From an uncultured Nitrososphaerota archaeon (lineage in GTDB: Archaea; Korarchaeota; Korarchaeia; Korarchaeales; Korarchaeaceae): DNA of 64,000 bases. Numbering within the stretch: position 1 is the first letter of the stretch; every line of letters starts with the position of its first letter. The stretch spans positions 1 to 64,000 of the forward strand of contig CAZUBM010000004.1 of NCBI GenBank assembly GCA_964618805.1. Reading direction: 5' to 3'. Shown in pieces: positions 39,085 to 49,502 of this stretch. The notes beneath the pieces are model-generated. The model was not told the origin of the DNA, ran no database searches, and was given only the letters and a program-made list of their open reading frames with translations. A program made the position numbers and the translations under genes.

Positions 39085-39323
39085 CTAGATCCATTTTTCT
39101 CCTTTAACTCCTTCAGATATGCCTCTCCTAATGGTTCTACTTGCTCTAGGAACTCTTTAATCCGTTTGCCTAAGATTTCTGTGATATCATCATAAAGTTC
39201 TTTTAAGTGCTCTAAATACGATAATAACATGCCCTTGTTGTACCACGGATTCTTTTCCATTTCTTTAGCCATCTTTATATCTTCAAGCATCCATTCAATA
39301 AGAGATCCTCTCAAGGCAATCAC
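39078..39323 (-). CDS. Hypothetical helical protein
   Basis: 81-aa ORF whose GTG start overlaps a GAGGTGA motif; no family recognised. Confidence 0.5.
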   Translation of the reverse strand: MIALRGSLIEWMLEDIKMAKEMEKNPWYNKGMLLSYLEHLKELYDDITEILGKRIKEFLEQVEPLGEAYLKELKEKNGSRC

Positions 39324-39464
39324 CTCGAATGAGCTTGTCCCTGTTCACATTAATCACTAAAGCCATGTTAAAAAGGCCATTTATAGGAAAAAAGAATTGT
39401 ATTGGAAGCAGAAATAAGTATAATTCATAAATCTTCCGCTTAAGTTTCTGGGCTTCTGACATAG

Positions 39465-39962
39465 TTAATCAAAGCTGATGCCCATCTTGTTTAACGCAAC
39501 ATATACGACGTTTGAGAAAACTATGCCTGAGACTGCTTGGATCACGTTACCAGGTAACTCGACCGCAGCAGCCCCTACTCCGTACAAGTATGACTCGACA
39601 AGGAAATAGCCGATTACCATCTCGAAGGCTCCTAAGCAAGTCCCTATCAAGATGAAGAACTTCTTTCTCTTGGATATCTCACCGGCTATAGCCCCTTCTA
39701 TCCCCTTGATGATAAGCGTCCAAGGAGCCCAGTGAGGATAGCCCCCCATGATATCCGCTAGGGCAGAGCCTATTCCACCAGCCGCTCCTCCGACGACCGG
39801 CCCAAGAAGGATCGCAAACAAGAGGACCATGGTGTCGCCCAAGTTAATATAACCCCTTGTTGGGGCTATGGGCACTCTAATCATCAAAGTGGCGACAGCA
39901 ACCAGAGCTGCTCCAACTGCTAGGCCAGCTGCCTTCTTAGAAGTATCCTGCTGCATTGTCAA
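39465..39962 (-). CDS. ECF transporter substrate-specific (S) component
   Basis: GYINLGD, GGIGSALADI, WAPWTLIIKGIEG. Confidence 0.88.
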   Translation of the reverse strand: MTMQQDTSKKAAGLAVGAALVAVATLMIRVPIAPTRGYINLGDTMVLLFAILLGPVVGGAAGGIGSALADIMGGYPHWAPWTLIIKGIEGAIAGEISKRKKFFILIGTCLGAFEMVIGYFLVESYLYGVGAAAVELPGNVIQAVSGIVFSNVVYVALNKMGISFD

Positions 39963-40012
39963 TATAACTTAGTTTTTACTTATATGTCAGTATGGTAGAT
40001 TGAATATTTGAT

Positions 40013-41449
40013 ATGAGCTATGTAAGCTCCCTTTACTGTGAGAGGTGTAAGACGTCCTATAGTCCAGAAAAACTTAGAAACAGATGTGAGAAATGTGAAG
40101 GACCATTAAACGTTGGATATGATTTTGATAAGCTTAGAGAAGTCCCAGTTAAGAGAAATTGGGTTTCCAGGGCAGGAGGAATTTGGAAGTACTGGGAGCT
40201 TCTGCCAAGCATTCCAGAGAAGGCCATCTCTCTGGGAGAGGGAAATACAAGGCTGCACAGAGCGAAGAAGATAGGCCCTAAGATTGGTCTTGAGGAACTC
40301 CTCATAAAGGACGAGACCACAAACCCAACAGGATCCTTTTTGGACAGAGGCGCATCCGTTCTTACAACCAAGCTGATTGAGCAAGGCTTTAATGGAGTCC
40401 AGGGGAGTTTTAAGGGAAATCTTGGAGCCTCTTTGGCAGCATACTCAGCTAGAGCAGGTCTCAAATGCATTATAAGGCTTGAAGGAGGTATAGATCTAGC
40501 CAAACTTTACCAGATGATAGCCTATGGCGCTGAAATATTGCTTCCAAACAGCAAATACTCCCTTGAAACCTCTGATTTAATGTACTTAGCAGACAACGCG
40601 GATCCATTCCTCATAGAAGGGCATAAAACGATAGCGTTTGAGATAGTCCAGGCTCTTGGTTGGAGAGAACCTGATTGCATAGTTGTCCCTGTCGGGAGTG
40701 GGGGTTTGATATGGTCCTTGTGGAAAGCTCTTGAGGAGTTGAAGCAAGTTGGGATTATAGATGGCAACAAAACTCGTTTGATTGGGGTCCAATCCTCCGT
40801 ATGCTCCCCAATAGCTGATGAGATAGCTGGAGAACACGAAGAGAAAGCCATAACAAAACCGCATATCGCAAAAGATCTCGTTTTTTATCTTCCAGAGAGG
40901 AGATTCGAGGCTGTAGAAGCCATAAAGAGGAGCAAAGGGTGGGCTTACGTTGTTTCAGAAGAAGACATGTTAATGGCAGCAAGAACTCTCGCTAAGGAGG
41001 AGGGGATCTTTGCAGAGCCTGCAGCTGCATCTACTATCGCATGCGTCCAAATGATGGTTGAGAATGGAAGCCTAGATCCATCTGATCAAGTTGTCTGCGT
41101 TATCACAGGTTCCGGTCTAAAGGATCCAATTGTTGCGATGAAAGAGCTTGAAAGGAACATAGCCTTGGAGAAATTCATAAGGGGAGAAGCTCCTAGCATA
41201 TTTCCGATTGGGAGCACGAAGGAAAAAATCCTTAGGATCCTAAAGGAAAGGCCCTATCACGCCTATGGTATTTGGGCCAGGCTTAAGGAGGAGGGCGTGG
41301 AGATAAGCACATCTGCTGTGTATCAGCACCTCTCGGGCTTGGAGGAAAGGGGATTAATAGCCAAAACTAAGGAGGAATTGGTCTCAGGGAGGATTAGGAT
41401 AATCTATTCGTTAACAGAAAAAGGAAAGGAGTTGGTGGATCTTTTTTGA
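40013..41449 (+). CDS. Threonine-synthase-like fold-type II protein (PLP Lys replaced by Leu) fused to a C-terminal PadR-like wHTH
   Basis: CxxC-CxxC Zn ribbon, SLGEGNT, NPTGSF-L-DRG, VPVGSGG, EPAAA, ITGSGLKD; tail ILKERPYHAYGI...AVYQHLSGLEERGLI...YSLTEKG. Confidence 0.8.
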   Translation: MSYVSSLYCERCKTSYSPEKLRNRCEKCEGPLNVGYDFDKLREVPVKRNWVSRAGGIWKYWELLPSIPEKAISLGEGNTRLHRAKKIGPKIGLEELLIKDETTNPTGSFLDRGASVLTTKLIEQGFNGVQGSFKGNLGASLAAYSARAGLKCIIRLEGGIDLAKLYQMIAYGAEILLPNSKYSLETSDLMYLADNADPFLIEGHKTIAFEIVQALGWREPDCIVVPVGSGGLIWSLWKALEELKQVGIIDGNKTRLIGVQSSVCSPIADEIAGEHEEKAITKPHIAKDLVFYLPERRFEAVEAIKRSKGWAYVVSEEDMLMAARTLAKEEGIFAEPAAASTIACVQMMVENGSLDPSDQVVCVITGSGLKDPIVAMKELERNIALEKFIRGEAPSIFPIGSTKEKILRILKERPYHAYGIWARLKEEGVEISTSAVYQHLSGLEERGLIAKTKEELVSGRIRIIYSLTEKGKELVDLF

Positions 41450-41458
41450 GAAGCAGAA

Positions 41459-41830
41459 CTAATTTGAAGGTTTCTCGAGGTCATAGTCGGACCAAGGAAT
41501 TAATGGATTCAGATTTCCGCTCAAATAGGCCCTTATTGCATCTTTAAGCGTCCTACAATCTCCTTCTAAGGCCACAACACCATTCTCTAGCATTAAAGTC
41601 ACGGCAGCATCGTCTAAAGGATTGGCCAGTATTGCATCTGGTTGTAGCTCTAGGAATACTTCTGGTAAGAAGTTTGGGTGCAGGTCTGATGTGTCAACAA
41701 AACCTATCTCCTCTAAAGCACCCGTGCAACCAAATTCTATCACAGCAAGCTGCCTAATCTCCCCTGCTTTTAATGCTATCTCTGAGTGGAAACCCCTTGG
41801 CCTTGATATAGGAACTACTAATCTAACCAA
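41459..41830 (-). CDS. NifB/NifX-like (FeMo-cofactor-binding fold) small protein
   Basis: MxRLVVP start, PDAILA, LENGVVALEG, TLKDAIRAYLSGNL pattern. Confidence 0.55.
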   Translation of the reverse strand: MVRLVVPISRPRGFHSEIALKAGEIRQLAVIEFGCTGALEEIGFVDTSDLHPNFLPEVFLELQPDAILANPLDDAAVTLMLENGVVALEGDCRTLKDAIRAYLSGNLNPLIPWSDYDLEKPSN

Positions 41831-41878
41831 TGTCGCTCTTCTACCTTCAGTGGTACTGAGAATATAAACCTTCTTAGC

Positions 41879-44650
41879 TTACTCCTCCAACATGATTAGC
41901 TCTTCATCTTTAAGTTCCAATCTCATCTCAGGATGGAGTTTGGCAAATCTGGTTAAAGCAACTATTCTTAATTCCTTAGGTATCGTTGTAAGAAGGGAAG
42001 CAGGTGCTCTACCCCAGAGACTTAACATCATCTTTATCCTGCCCTCTATCTTGTTCCAAGATCCTAGAAGTTCCTCAAGCGAATCTAAATGCCTATCAAG
42101 GGAAATCATGTTCGATTCTAAGCTATCTAAGAGCTGCTTTGCGTAATCATATCTTTTTTCAGAGATTTCAACCCTTATATCATCAAGGAGCCTACGCAGA
42201 GAGTCAACCCTGTTAACAAGACCAGTGAATCCTTCTTCTTCGATTCCCTTCGATCTCTGATGAAGGGAAGCCAATCTCCCGGCTATTTGATTTAACCTTG
42301 CTTCCAGCTCTCTTTGTATCATGGGAACCTCTACTTCTACCCTCGGCACCTCTGGAGCAGGAACGGGAACCTCCTCTACTTTTGCTGGCCTTGGTGTGAT
42401 TATCTCTATTTCTTCTGGCTTTACCTCTTCGACATAGACTGGAGCCAGCTTTTCTTCTTTCTTAGCTCTAGCTGCTTTAAGAACTATTATAAGAGGTATG
42501 CCAGCTATCAGGCCTAGAACAACGAAACGTGAGCCCCATACACCTATGTATGGTTCGAGCAGGTTTGTAATTGGTGCAACAAGATTCCAGAAGCTCTCCA
42601 ATGGACTTATTGGAGCAGGAGTCGGAGCTGGAGTTGGAGATGGGGTTGTTGTTGGGGTCTGGGTTGGAACACCGACTCCTACGGAGATTCCTACAGAAGT
42701 TTCCTCTATGAACTCCTCCTTATGAAATATCTTAATGACTATGTTAGAAGAACCGCTCTCAACAGCCTCTAGATGTAGGAGAACTTCTTTCTCCTCTCCG
42801 GCCTTCAAGGGGCCTACTTCAACAGAGCTTTTGTTTGTGATGTCCGATGAGGCCTCTATTCTGAGGACAACGTTATCAAGCAATCTATTCTTCACTTTAA
42901 CCTTCAAGTTCACCGTATCCCCTTTGTTGACATTAATAGTAGTTGGGGAGACGCTCTCTATCAACTTACCCTTAACACAAGTCGCATGAAGCTCAGCTTC
43001 TCCTACCTCAGTTTCGTTTAATTTTGCAATTATCTTGAAGCTTAGATCTCCAGGAGCTGTAGGAATGGTTTGAATCGAGAAGGGCTTTTCAACTCCAGCA
43101 TCGACCCATCCTAAGGGAACAGCTTTATTCATAATGCCCTCTCCAACTAATACAAGTTCTAGCTGCCCGCTAGCATTAACTAGCACATTTCCCGATATTT
43201 CAGCGGTTTCACCTACCGTTAGCTTCCCTAACTCAGGGATCTTGAACGTAGCAAAGCCTACGACCTTTGTAGGTGCTACTCCTGCTTCCTCATAGGGAAG
43301 CTCGATTCTGTGGAACCAAGATATGTTTCCATTTTCCGTCAGAACCTTAAGTTCTACGTACGAGAAGGGTTTTGAGAGCCTGAAGCTAAAACTAGTCTTC
43401 CTAGTTCTAAGCAACGGAGTCAATGAAGGCATCATCTCGAGCCATAGAAGATCACCCTCTGGCGATCTTACTTCTATCGTCGGGACAATCGTATCGTTAG
43501 AGTAGAGTGAAGCAACTCCTTCAATAAATACCGTTAGGTTCTCTAGTGCCTCAAGCTTTTGAACAACAAAGGCAGCCCTTGGCAACTTTATGCTCATGAG
43601 GGAGCCGTTTAAATCGAGGAATATCATGCTCCACCGCTCAGGATCCAGCCTTAACCTGAAAACAGGCTTGAACTCCTCATATTCAGGAATGTATACTTTC
43701 TTGCCGACGTTTAAATCGTATATGAAGATACCTTCATTTCTACTCCAGAAGACAAGCGCCTTCCCAGCAATTATTGGCTGGTCAAAAGCGTTCTTTGCTA
43801 ACCTCAGGAATCCCTTGATTTTCCTCTCATTTACATCTATTATGTTAAGGAGACCTCCAGTAGACATGACATAGGCCTTGCTCCCTAACCAAGGGATTTC
43901 ACCGGCAACTACATTTCCTCCCTTTAACTTTACAGATTCTGGAAGAACTTCGCCCGTTGCTGGATCAACGAAGTAAATGTTCGATTCTACACCTGAAAGA
44001 AGGTAATCACCACAGAGTCCTAGAGCCACGACTTCTGGGGTGAATTCTTGATCCCAGATTACCTCACCGCTCTCGGCTCTTAGCGCCATGAGATGCTTTT
44101 CACATCCTACATAAGCAACATTATCATATGCCGTAAGAACCTCTATCGAACCAGGAAGCTCTACGGTCCAGGCCTCTTCTCCTGTGTTCTTGTCAAATGC
44201 TGAAAGTATTCCTCCCTCAATAGGAACCAAAATCAAGTCTCCTACTGAAAGAAGTCGGGAATTGTAGCTTCTATCAGTATCTCCGGCTAATTTCGTGTAG
44301 TATGCTCTTCTGCCTGTCATTAGATCAAAGGCCATGAAGAAGTTAGTAGCTCTCTCACCAGTCGCAACGTAAACCCTTCGCCAATCAACCCATACATCCG
44401 GAATTGCAACTCCTCCTAGAGGTGTTTCCCAAAGAAGTTCCCCACTCTTTGCATCTACGGCAGCTAGTATAGTCCCAGCCCTCCTTATGGTAATTATCTT
44501 GTCTCCAGCAACAAAAGGAGAGGATCTTTTGATTCTTGGAGCTAGATTGCCCACCTCTATCGGCTCTAGGGCATAATAGTAAGGTTGAGCTTGGATCCAT
44601 ATCGATGATAAGAAGATAAGCATTAAGAGGATAAGTAGAGAGCGCTTCAT
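41879..44650 (-). CDS. Large membrane protein: PQQ/BamB-type beta-propeller, Ig/CARDB domains, PT linker, TM, cytoplasmic coiled coil
   Basis: Repeats AVDAKSGELLW, AFDKNTGEEAW, ALRAESGEVIW; PTTTPSPTPAPTPAP linker; TM FVVLGLIAGIPLIIVL; helical tail. Confidence 0.8.
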   Translation of the reverse strand: MKRSLLILLMLIFLSSIWIQAQPYYYALEPIEVGNLAPRIKRSSPFVAGDKIITIRRAGTILAAVDAKSGELLWETPLGGVAIPDVWVDWRRVYVATGERATNFFMAFDLMTGRRAYYTKLAGDTDRSYNSRLLSVGDLILVPIEGGILSAFDKNTGEEAWTVELPGSIEVLTAYDNVAYVGCEKHLMALRAESGEVIWDQEFTPEVVALGLCGDYLLSGVESNIYFVDPATGEVLPESVKLKGGNVVAGEIPWLGSKAYVMSTGGLLNIIDVNERKIKGFLRLAKNAFDQPIIAGKALVFWSRNEGIFIYDLNVGKKVYIPEYEEFKPVFRLRLDPERWSMIFLDLNGSLMSIKLPRAAFVVQKLEALENLTVFIEGVASLYSNDTIVPTIEVRSPEGDLLWLEMMPSLTPLLRTRKTSFSFRLSKPFSYVELKVLTENGNISWFHRIELPYEEAGVAPTKVVGFATFKIPELGKLTVGETAEISGNVLVNASGQLELVLVGEGIMNKAVPLGWVDAGVEKPFSIQTIPTAPGDLSFKIIAKLNETEVGEAELHATCVKGKLIESVSPTTINVNKGDTVNLKVKVKNRLLDNVVLRIEASSDITNKSSVEVGPLKAGEEKEVLLHLEAVESGSSNIVIKIFHKEEFIEETSVGISVGVGVPTQTPTTTPSPTPAPTPAPISPLESFWNLVAPITNLLEPYIGVWGSRFVVLGLIAGIPLIIVLKAARAKKEEKLAPVYVEEVKPEEIEIITPRPAKVEEVPVPAPEVPRVEVEVPMIQRELEARLNQIAGRLASLHQRSKGIEEEGFTGLVNRVDSLRRLLDDIRVEISEKRYDYAKQLLDSLESNMISLDRHLDSLEELLGSWNKIEGRIKMMLSLWGRAPASLLTTIPKELRIVALTRFAKLHPEMRLELKDEELIMLEE

Positions 44651-44707
44651 GTCGAATCAAGAGACCCTAACGATATTAAAAAATACTCAGGTTAAGAGCA
44701 AAAATGG

Positions 44708-46804
44708 ATGGTAAACATCACTAAGGTCCTGAACTCTTTCATCTCTTGGATGGAACTGAGGGGCTATAGGCCTGGGACCATAAGGCAATACTCTTATGAC
44801 GCTAAAAGGTTCTTGCTATGGCTAAAGAAGGATCCAACAAAAGTTGATGAACAAGAAATCTCAGAATATCTGCTTAAGATAAAATCTGAGAGGAGCCTTA
44901 GCAATAGCACAATGCTGAGAAGGATAGCCTCTCTAAGGACATTCTACGAGTTTTTAGTAGATCAAGGCATGATGCAGACTAATCCTGTAACGATAAGGAG
45001 GCCGAGAGTTAGAAGGAAGCTACCAAACATCCTTTCAAGGGAGGAGGTAGAAAGGCTTATCTTAGCTGGGAGAAATGAGAGAGATAGGCTTCTTCTCAGG
45101 CTTTTATATGCTACTGGAGCTAGAGTAAGCGAGATATCATCCTTAAAATGGGAAGATGTTAATGTAAAGGAGAAAACCGCTATTATAAGGGGAGGAAAAG
45201 GAGGAAAAGACAGGATTGTTCTTTTTGACGATGTAACAGCAAGAGAACTCGCGAAGTATAAGAGCAAACACGGAGGTCAGGGCAGGATATTTCCTCTTTC
45301 TCCAAGGACCATCCAAAGGATTGTTAAAATGGCAGCTGCCAGAGCAGGACTGCACAAAGAAGTTCATCCCCACACCTTGCGTCACTGCCTTCATCCAGAA
45401 ACTAGAGTACTCACTTCAAATGGATTTCTACCGGCTAAATTATTGTTCTTCTTTAATCATGAGGTTCTTACAATTGATCCTTCTGATCACTCCTGGAAGG
45501 CATGCAAAGTTTCTCAAAAATTACATCACATCGCCGATAGACTTCTTTCGATTTGGGCAGGAGGAAGAGAGCTTATATGCACACCTGAGCACACGGTTTT
45601 TGTCCTTAGGAAAGGAAGGATCGTAGAAATTCAAGCTGGCGAGTTAAGCGTAGGTGATTACATTGCTGGAGTGGGGAGAATACCATTTAATACTGGCAGA
45701 CGGTATCTGGATGCAGATCTCTGGCAATTAATTGGATATTATGTAGGAGATGGAGCCTTATGTGAAGAACGCAGAGTAGTTAGGCTTTGCGATAAACAGA
45801 AGGAAATCGCAGAGCATTACAAGAAGATTGCTGAGAACTATGGTTTTAACTCATCTATCAAGAAGATTGGAAATAGCTACGAGGTACACATCCATAGTGT
45901 CACATTTATGGAGTTGCTCAAAACGTTGCTACTTGATAAGGTCTCTTCTCAAAGAAGGGTACCTGTTAAGCTATTTGAAGCAACGGAAGAAGAGAAGTGG
46001 GCGTTTATCTCTGGATTCTTGGATGCTGAGGGCTGGCAGAGGAAAGATGGCGTAATAGCCTTTGCTAACAGCAACAAAGAACTTCTGAAGGACATACAAA
46101 TGTTGCTGTTGAGTACAGGAGTGCATGCAAATTTGGAAAAGAGGATAAGAAAAGTTAAGCTGCCAGGTGGGAAAATCATTGAGAACAATAAAATCTATTA
46201 CCTCTTGATTTGCAGAGGGGAGGATATAAACAAATTCGTTGAGAATTCGAGATCTATTAAGGATCTTTTCAAAATAAGGAGGTTAAGAGTTCTTTCTCAG
46301 AAGAACCAAGTAATTCCAGTTCACGACCTACTGAAAGACATTTACAGGAGAAGGAAAGAGGAAGGAAAGCCTGTAGGTACGCTCTGGAGATATAGTAAGA
46401 TTCCTCCCTCGAGAGATAAGTTAAGAGAGCTTCTGAAAATGCTAGAAGACGAGCCTGAATACGAGTTGTTGAAGAAATTATGTGAGCAGGATGTGGTGTG
46501 GCTAAAGGTTAACAATATTGAGAGGAGCGGTGGATATTCCGAATACTTGAAAAATAAGGAGGTCAAGATCACGAGATTTACAGTTTACGACTTCGAGGTG
46601 GATCAAACTAACACATTGGTGACAGATGGTATATTAAGCCATAATTCGATGGCAACCCACCTTCTCGAGAGTGGGGCAGACCTGAGGGCAATCCAGGAAC
46701 TCTTAGGTCACGCTTCACTAAGCACAACTCAGATATACACCCACGTTTCCAGGGAACATTTGAAAAGGGAGTATAAGAAGTTATGGGAGAATAAGAAAGG
46801 ATAA
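44708..46804 (+). CDS. xerA: XerA-type tyrosine recombinase precursor containing one intein (extein ~278 aa)
   Basis: SAM-like N-domain, [25 protein letters not shown]|intein|[34 protein letters not shown]. Confidence 0.9.
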   Translation: MVNITKVLNSFISWMELRGYRPGTIRQYSYDAKRFLLWLKKDPTKVDEQEISEYLLKIKSERSLSNSTMLRRIASLRTFYEFLVDQGMMQTNPVTIRRPRVRRKLPNILSREEVERLILAGRNERDRLLLRLLYATGARVSEISSLKWEDVNVKEKTAIIRGGKGGKDRIVLFDDVTARELAKYKSKHGGQGRIFPLSPRTIQRIVKMAAARAGLHKEVHPHTLRHCLHPETRVLTSNGFLPAKLLFFFNHEVLTIDPSDHSWKACKVSQKLHHIADRLLSIWAGGRELICTPEHTVFVLRKGRIVEIQAGELSVGDYIAGVGRIPFNTGRRYLDADLWQLIGYYVGDGALCEERRVVRLCDKQKEIAEHYKKIAENYGFNSSIKKIGNSYEVHIHSVTFMELLKTLLLDKVSSQRRVPVKLFEATEEEKWAFISGFLDAEGWQRKDGVIAFANSNKELLKDIQMLLLSTGVHANLEKRIRKVKLPGGKIIENNKIYYLLICRGEDINKFVENSRSIKDLFKIRRLRVLSQKNQVIPVHDLLKDIYRRRKEEGKPVGTLWRYSKIPPSRDKLRELLKMLEDEPEYELLKKLCEQDVVWLKVNNIERSGGYSEYLKNKEVKITRFTVYDFEVDQTNTLVTDGILSHNSMATHLLESGADLRAIQELLGHASLSTTQIYTHVSREHLKREYKKLWENKKG
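45386..46645 (+). mobile_element. Intein (420 aa) with LAGLIDADG endonuclease, directly after the HxxRH catalytic motif of XerA
   Basis: CLHPET start, CTPEH block [10 protein letters not shown] and [10 protein letters not shown] blocks, VYDFEV...ILSHN followed by Ser. Confidence 0.93.
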
Positions 46805-46814
46805 AGAAGGAACA

Positions 46815-47759
46815 TCACTCTACCCTAACTCTTTTCCTCTCAACACCAGCTTCTAACATCCCTCCTTTCGCAAATCCATACCATAAACCAACCCCGCTAT
46901 GAGCGTAGCCGATTCTTCCATCCTTATCTATGGCTATGAAACCAAGTGGGGTCTTTGTCTTCTTCCACAACCTTACAAGGACTTCTTCCACGGCCTTTTG
47001 GGGATGAAATCCTTCTGATATCAGATCAACAACTTCTTTTGCACCTAAGACCTTCATGGCAGCCTCTCCTAACCCAGTACCGGAGCAAGCTCCAGCCCTA
47101 TTTGCATAAGTACCTGCGCCAATTATTGCGCTGTCTCCAACCCTCCCTGGAAGCTTCATCATGATCCCACCCGTAGATGTTGCTGCTGCAAGATGCCCTT
47201 TTTCGTCGACAGCTACAGCCCCAACAGTATCAGCTATGTAGCTCTTTATGAGTTGTGCAGAAGGTAAATAAGATGGAAAGCCTTTTTTCCCAACTCCTTT
47301 CATGTAAGCTTCGTATAGCTCTTTCCTACTTTCACAAATTAGATTTTCATCAGTTCTCATCCCTATTATCGATGCGAATTTCCTTGCCCCCTCTCCTACC
47401 AGCAATATATGTGGAGTTTCCTCCATTATAGCTCTAGCTAGAGTAATAGCGTGTTTGACTCCTTTTACTCCACCAACAGCTCCTGCTCGGAGCGATGTAC
47501 CGTCCATGATCGAGGCATCTAGCTCAACCTCTCCAAGTATGTTGAGAGAGGAGCCATATCCGGCGTTGAATAAAGGGCTATCCTCCATGTATCTAACAGA
47601 GGCTTCAACCGCATCTAAAGCTGATCCTCCATCCAAAAGCTTATCATAACCCCTTCTAACAGCCTCTCTGAGCTCATTTACTCTCTTAGGATCTTCTCGT
47701 AGCTTACCATAGATCCTAACTCCACCATGGATAACTATAGCTTTCATTAATCCAATCAC
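46815..47759 (-). CDS. iaaA: Isoaspartyl peptidase / plant-type L-asparaginase (Ntn hydrolase)
   Basis: IVIHGG, FNAGYGS, ELDASIMDG, DTVGAVA, ATSTGG, PGRVGDS. Confidence 0.92.
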   Translation of the reverse strand: MIGLMKAIVIHGGVRIYGKLREDPKRVNELREAVRRGYDKLLDGGSALDAVEASVRYMEDSPLFNAGYGSSLNILGEVELDASIMDGTSLRAGAVGGVKGVKHAITLARAIMEETPHILLVGEGARKFASIIGMRTDENLICESRKELYEAYMKGVGKKGFPSYLPSAQLIKSYIADTVGAVAVDEKGHLAAATSTGGIMMKLPGRVGDSAIIGAGTYANRAGACSGTGLGEAAMKVLGAKEVVDLISEGFHPQKAVEEVLVRLWKKTKTPLGFIAIDKDGRIGYAHSGVGLWYGFAKGGMLEAGVERKRVRVE

Positions 47760-49498
47760 TCATGGGAAAATATTAAGGAAAGTGTCCCCTCCTTGGCGGA
47801 ATCTACTCTCGCAAACCCGTATCTTACAAGTTGCACTATATCTCCAACCCTTAGCTCCCTCATATCTGGCTCTCCGTATCCGCCAACGACTTCATAGCTG
47901 TAAATGCTCAATGGACGGAAGAGTTTGACTGGCACAAATCCGGTGGCGGGGACCCAATGGATTATCCTAACGTCAGTCTTCGTGCTTGGTACGTACCTTG
48001 CCGTAACCTCATCTGCCAATATGCTTCTAATTCTAACATTTGTAAGCCTCCACAGCCTTACTTCTTCTTCCTCCTTTAGCTGTTTCAAGTCTTCTTGGGA
48101 GATGTAGAGTTCAATCCTTCCATCACTGCTCTTTAATGAGATCTTCCTAACTCCTGCCTCCGGTTTGGAAGGATTGACAGGGATATCGGCTTCTAATTCA
48201 TCAGGAACTTCCATCAGTACCATTTTAATTGGATTTGGAACGAACATGAATCTAGGAGCTATTGGATCTAGTATCCTCCTATTTTCAGCAAAAATTGCAT
48301 TCATGCTTATGGTGACGTCGACCTTGCTCGGTCCTAAGTTGTAAAAGAACCTGACCAGAGCCCTTGGATCAATCCCCCTTTTTAGTATGCCCCTTATAGT
48401 TGGCAGTCTTGGATCATCCCAACCGCTAAGTATCCCAGAGGCGATCAGAGGCCTGAAATACCTCTTTGAGAGGGGTATTCCTTCTACAGTAACCCTTCCA
48501 AACTGGATCATTTCGTACTGCCTCAGCCCAAGCATCCTGAGTATGGTCCTCTGAACCTCGACATGAGGCTCAAATTCTTTGCTTCTATGGGCATGGGTAA
48601 CACCAGTTAGGGCATCTTCAACGCTTACTGAGAAATCATAGGTTGGGTAGACCCTGAACCTATATCCATGAATTGGATGCGGGTGCTCTACGATCCTGAA
48701 AATCCCAGGATCCCTCATTGTTCTGTTTGGATGCCTCATATCAGTTTTAAGCCTAAGATGAGCTTCTCCCTCCTTAAAGCTTCCATTCAGCATCATTTCC
48801 CACAGTTCCAAGTTCTTTTCTGGGGCCTGCTTTCTGTGCTCACATTCTATTCCCAAATTCCTGTTCTTCCTCACGACAGGGGCAGGACATGTGCACACGT
48901 AAGCATTTCCGTCCTCAATGAGCTTTTTGGCAAACTCATACATCTTTGGAATGTCATTAGACTCTATTACCTCTTGATCCCACTTTCCTGGTGCTAAACC
49001 GAGTTCTTCTTCAGCTGCCTCTAAAATTATCCCTAGTTCCTGCCTTATAGCATCATAATACTCCAATTTCTCCACTCTGGGGTTTGTGTCCTCAAACCTA
49101 AGGAAAAATTTGCCCTTGTAGAGCCTAGCATAAATGAACGGAACTAGAAGTCCTTTCACATGCCCTAAAGTAGGATAGCCGTTGGGCTCTGGTGCCATCC
49201 TAGTTACAATGACTTCATAAGCTTCAGCATTTGGGAGAGGAGGCCATTTTCTCTCTTCTTCCTTCTTTTCCTCTAAAACAACACCTAATTCTAGAGAAAG
49301 TTCCTCTAATGATCCTCTATCCAGCTTGTTGACCTCTTCAACCACTTTCTTTACATCTTCTATCAGCTGCTTAACACGATTTCTGAGCTCTGGCCTTTCT
49401 GCAATTACTTTGGAGATAACAGGCCCCACTTTTGCCTTACCATACTTCAGAGCATTTTTTACTGCATGATGCCTTATCAGCCTTATCAAATCATCCAA
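47756..49498 (-). CDS. gltX: Glutamyl-tRNA synthetase (archaeal type)
   Basis: TRMAPEPNGYPTLGH (HIGH variant), LRFEDTNP, YPTYDF, LSKR, GWDDPRLPT, QLVRYGF. Confidence 0.93.
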   Translation of the reverse strand: MDDLIRLIRHHAVKNALKYGKAKVGPVISKVIAERPELRNRVKQLIEDVKKVVEEVNKLDRGSLEELSLELGVVLEEKKEEERKWPPLPNAEAYEVIVTRMAPEPNGYPTLGHVKGLLVPFIYARLYKGKFFLRFEDTNPRVEKLEYYDAIRQELGIILEAAEEELGLAPGKWDQEVIESNDIPKMYEFAKKLIEDGNAYVCTCPAPVVRKNRNLGIECEHRKQAPEKNLELWEMMLNGSFKEGEAHLRLKTDMRHPNRTMRDPGIFRIVEHPHPIHGYRFRVYPTYDFSVSVEDALTGVTHAHRSKEFEPHVEVQRTILRMLGLRQYEMIQFGRVTVEGIPLSKRYFRPLIASGILSGWDDPRLPTIRGILKRGIDPRALVRFFYNLGPSKVDVTISMNAIFAENRRILDPIAPRFMFVPNPIKMVLMEVPDELEADIPVNPSKPEAGVRKISLKSSDGRIELYISQEDLKQLKEEEEVRLWRLTNVRIRSILADEVTARYVPSTKTDVRIIHWVPATGFVPVKLFRPLSIYSYEVVGGYGEPDMRELRVGDIVQLVRYGFARVDSAKEGTLSLIFSHE

Positions 49499-49502
49499 CT
49501 TC

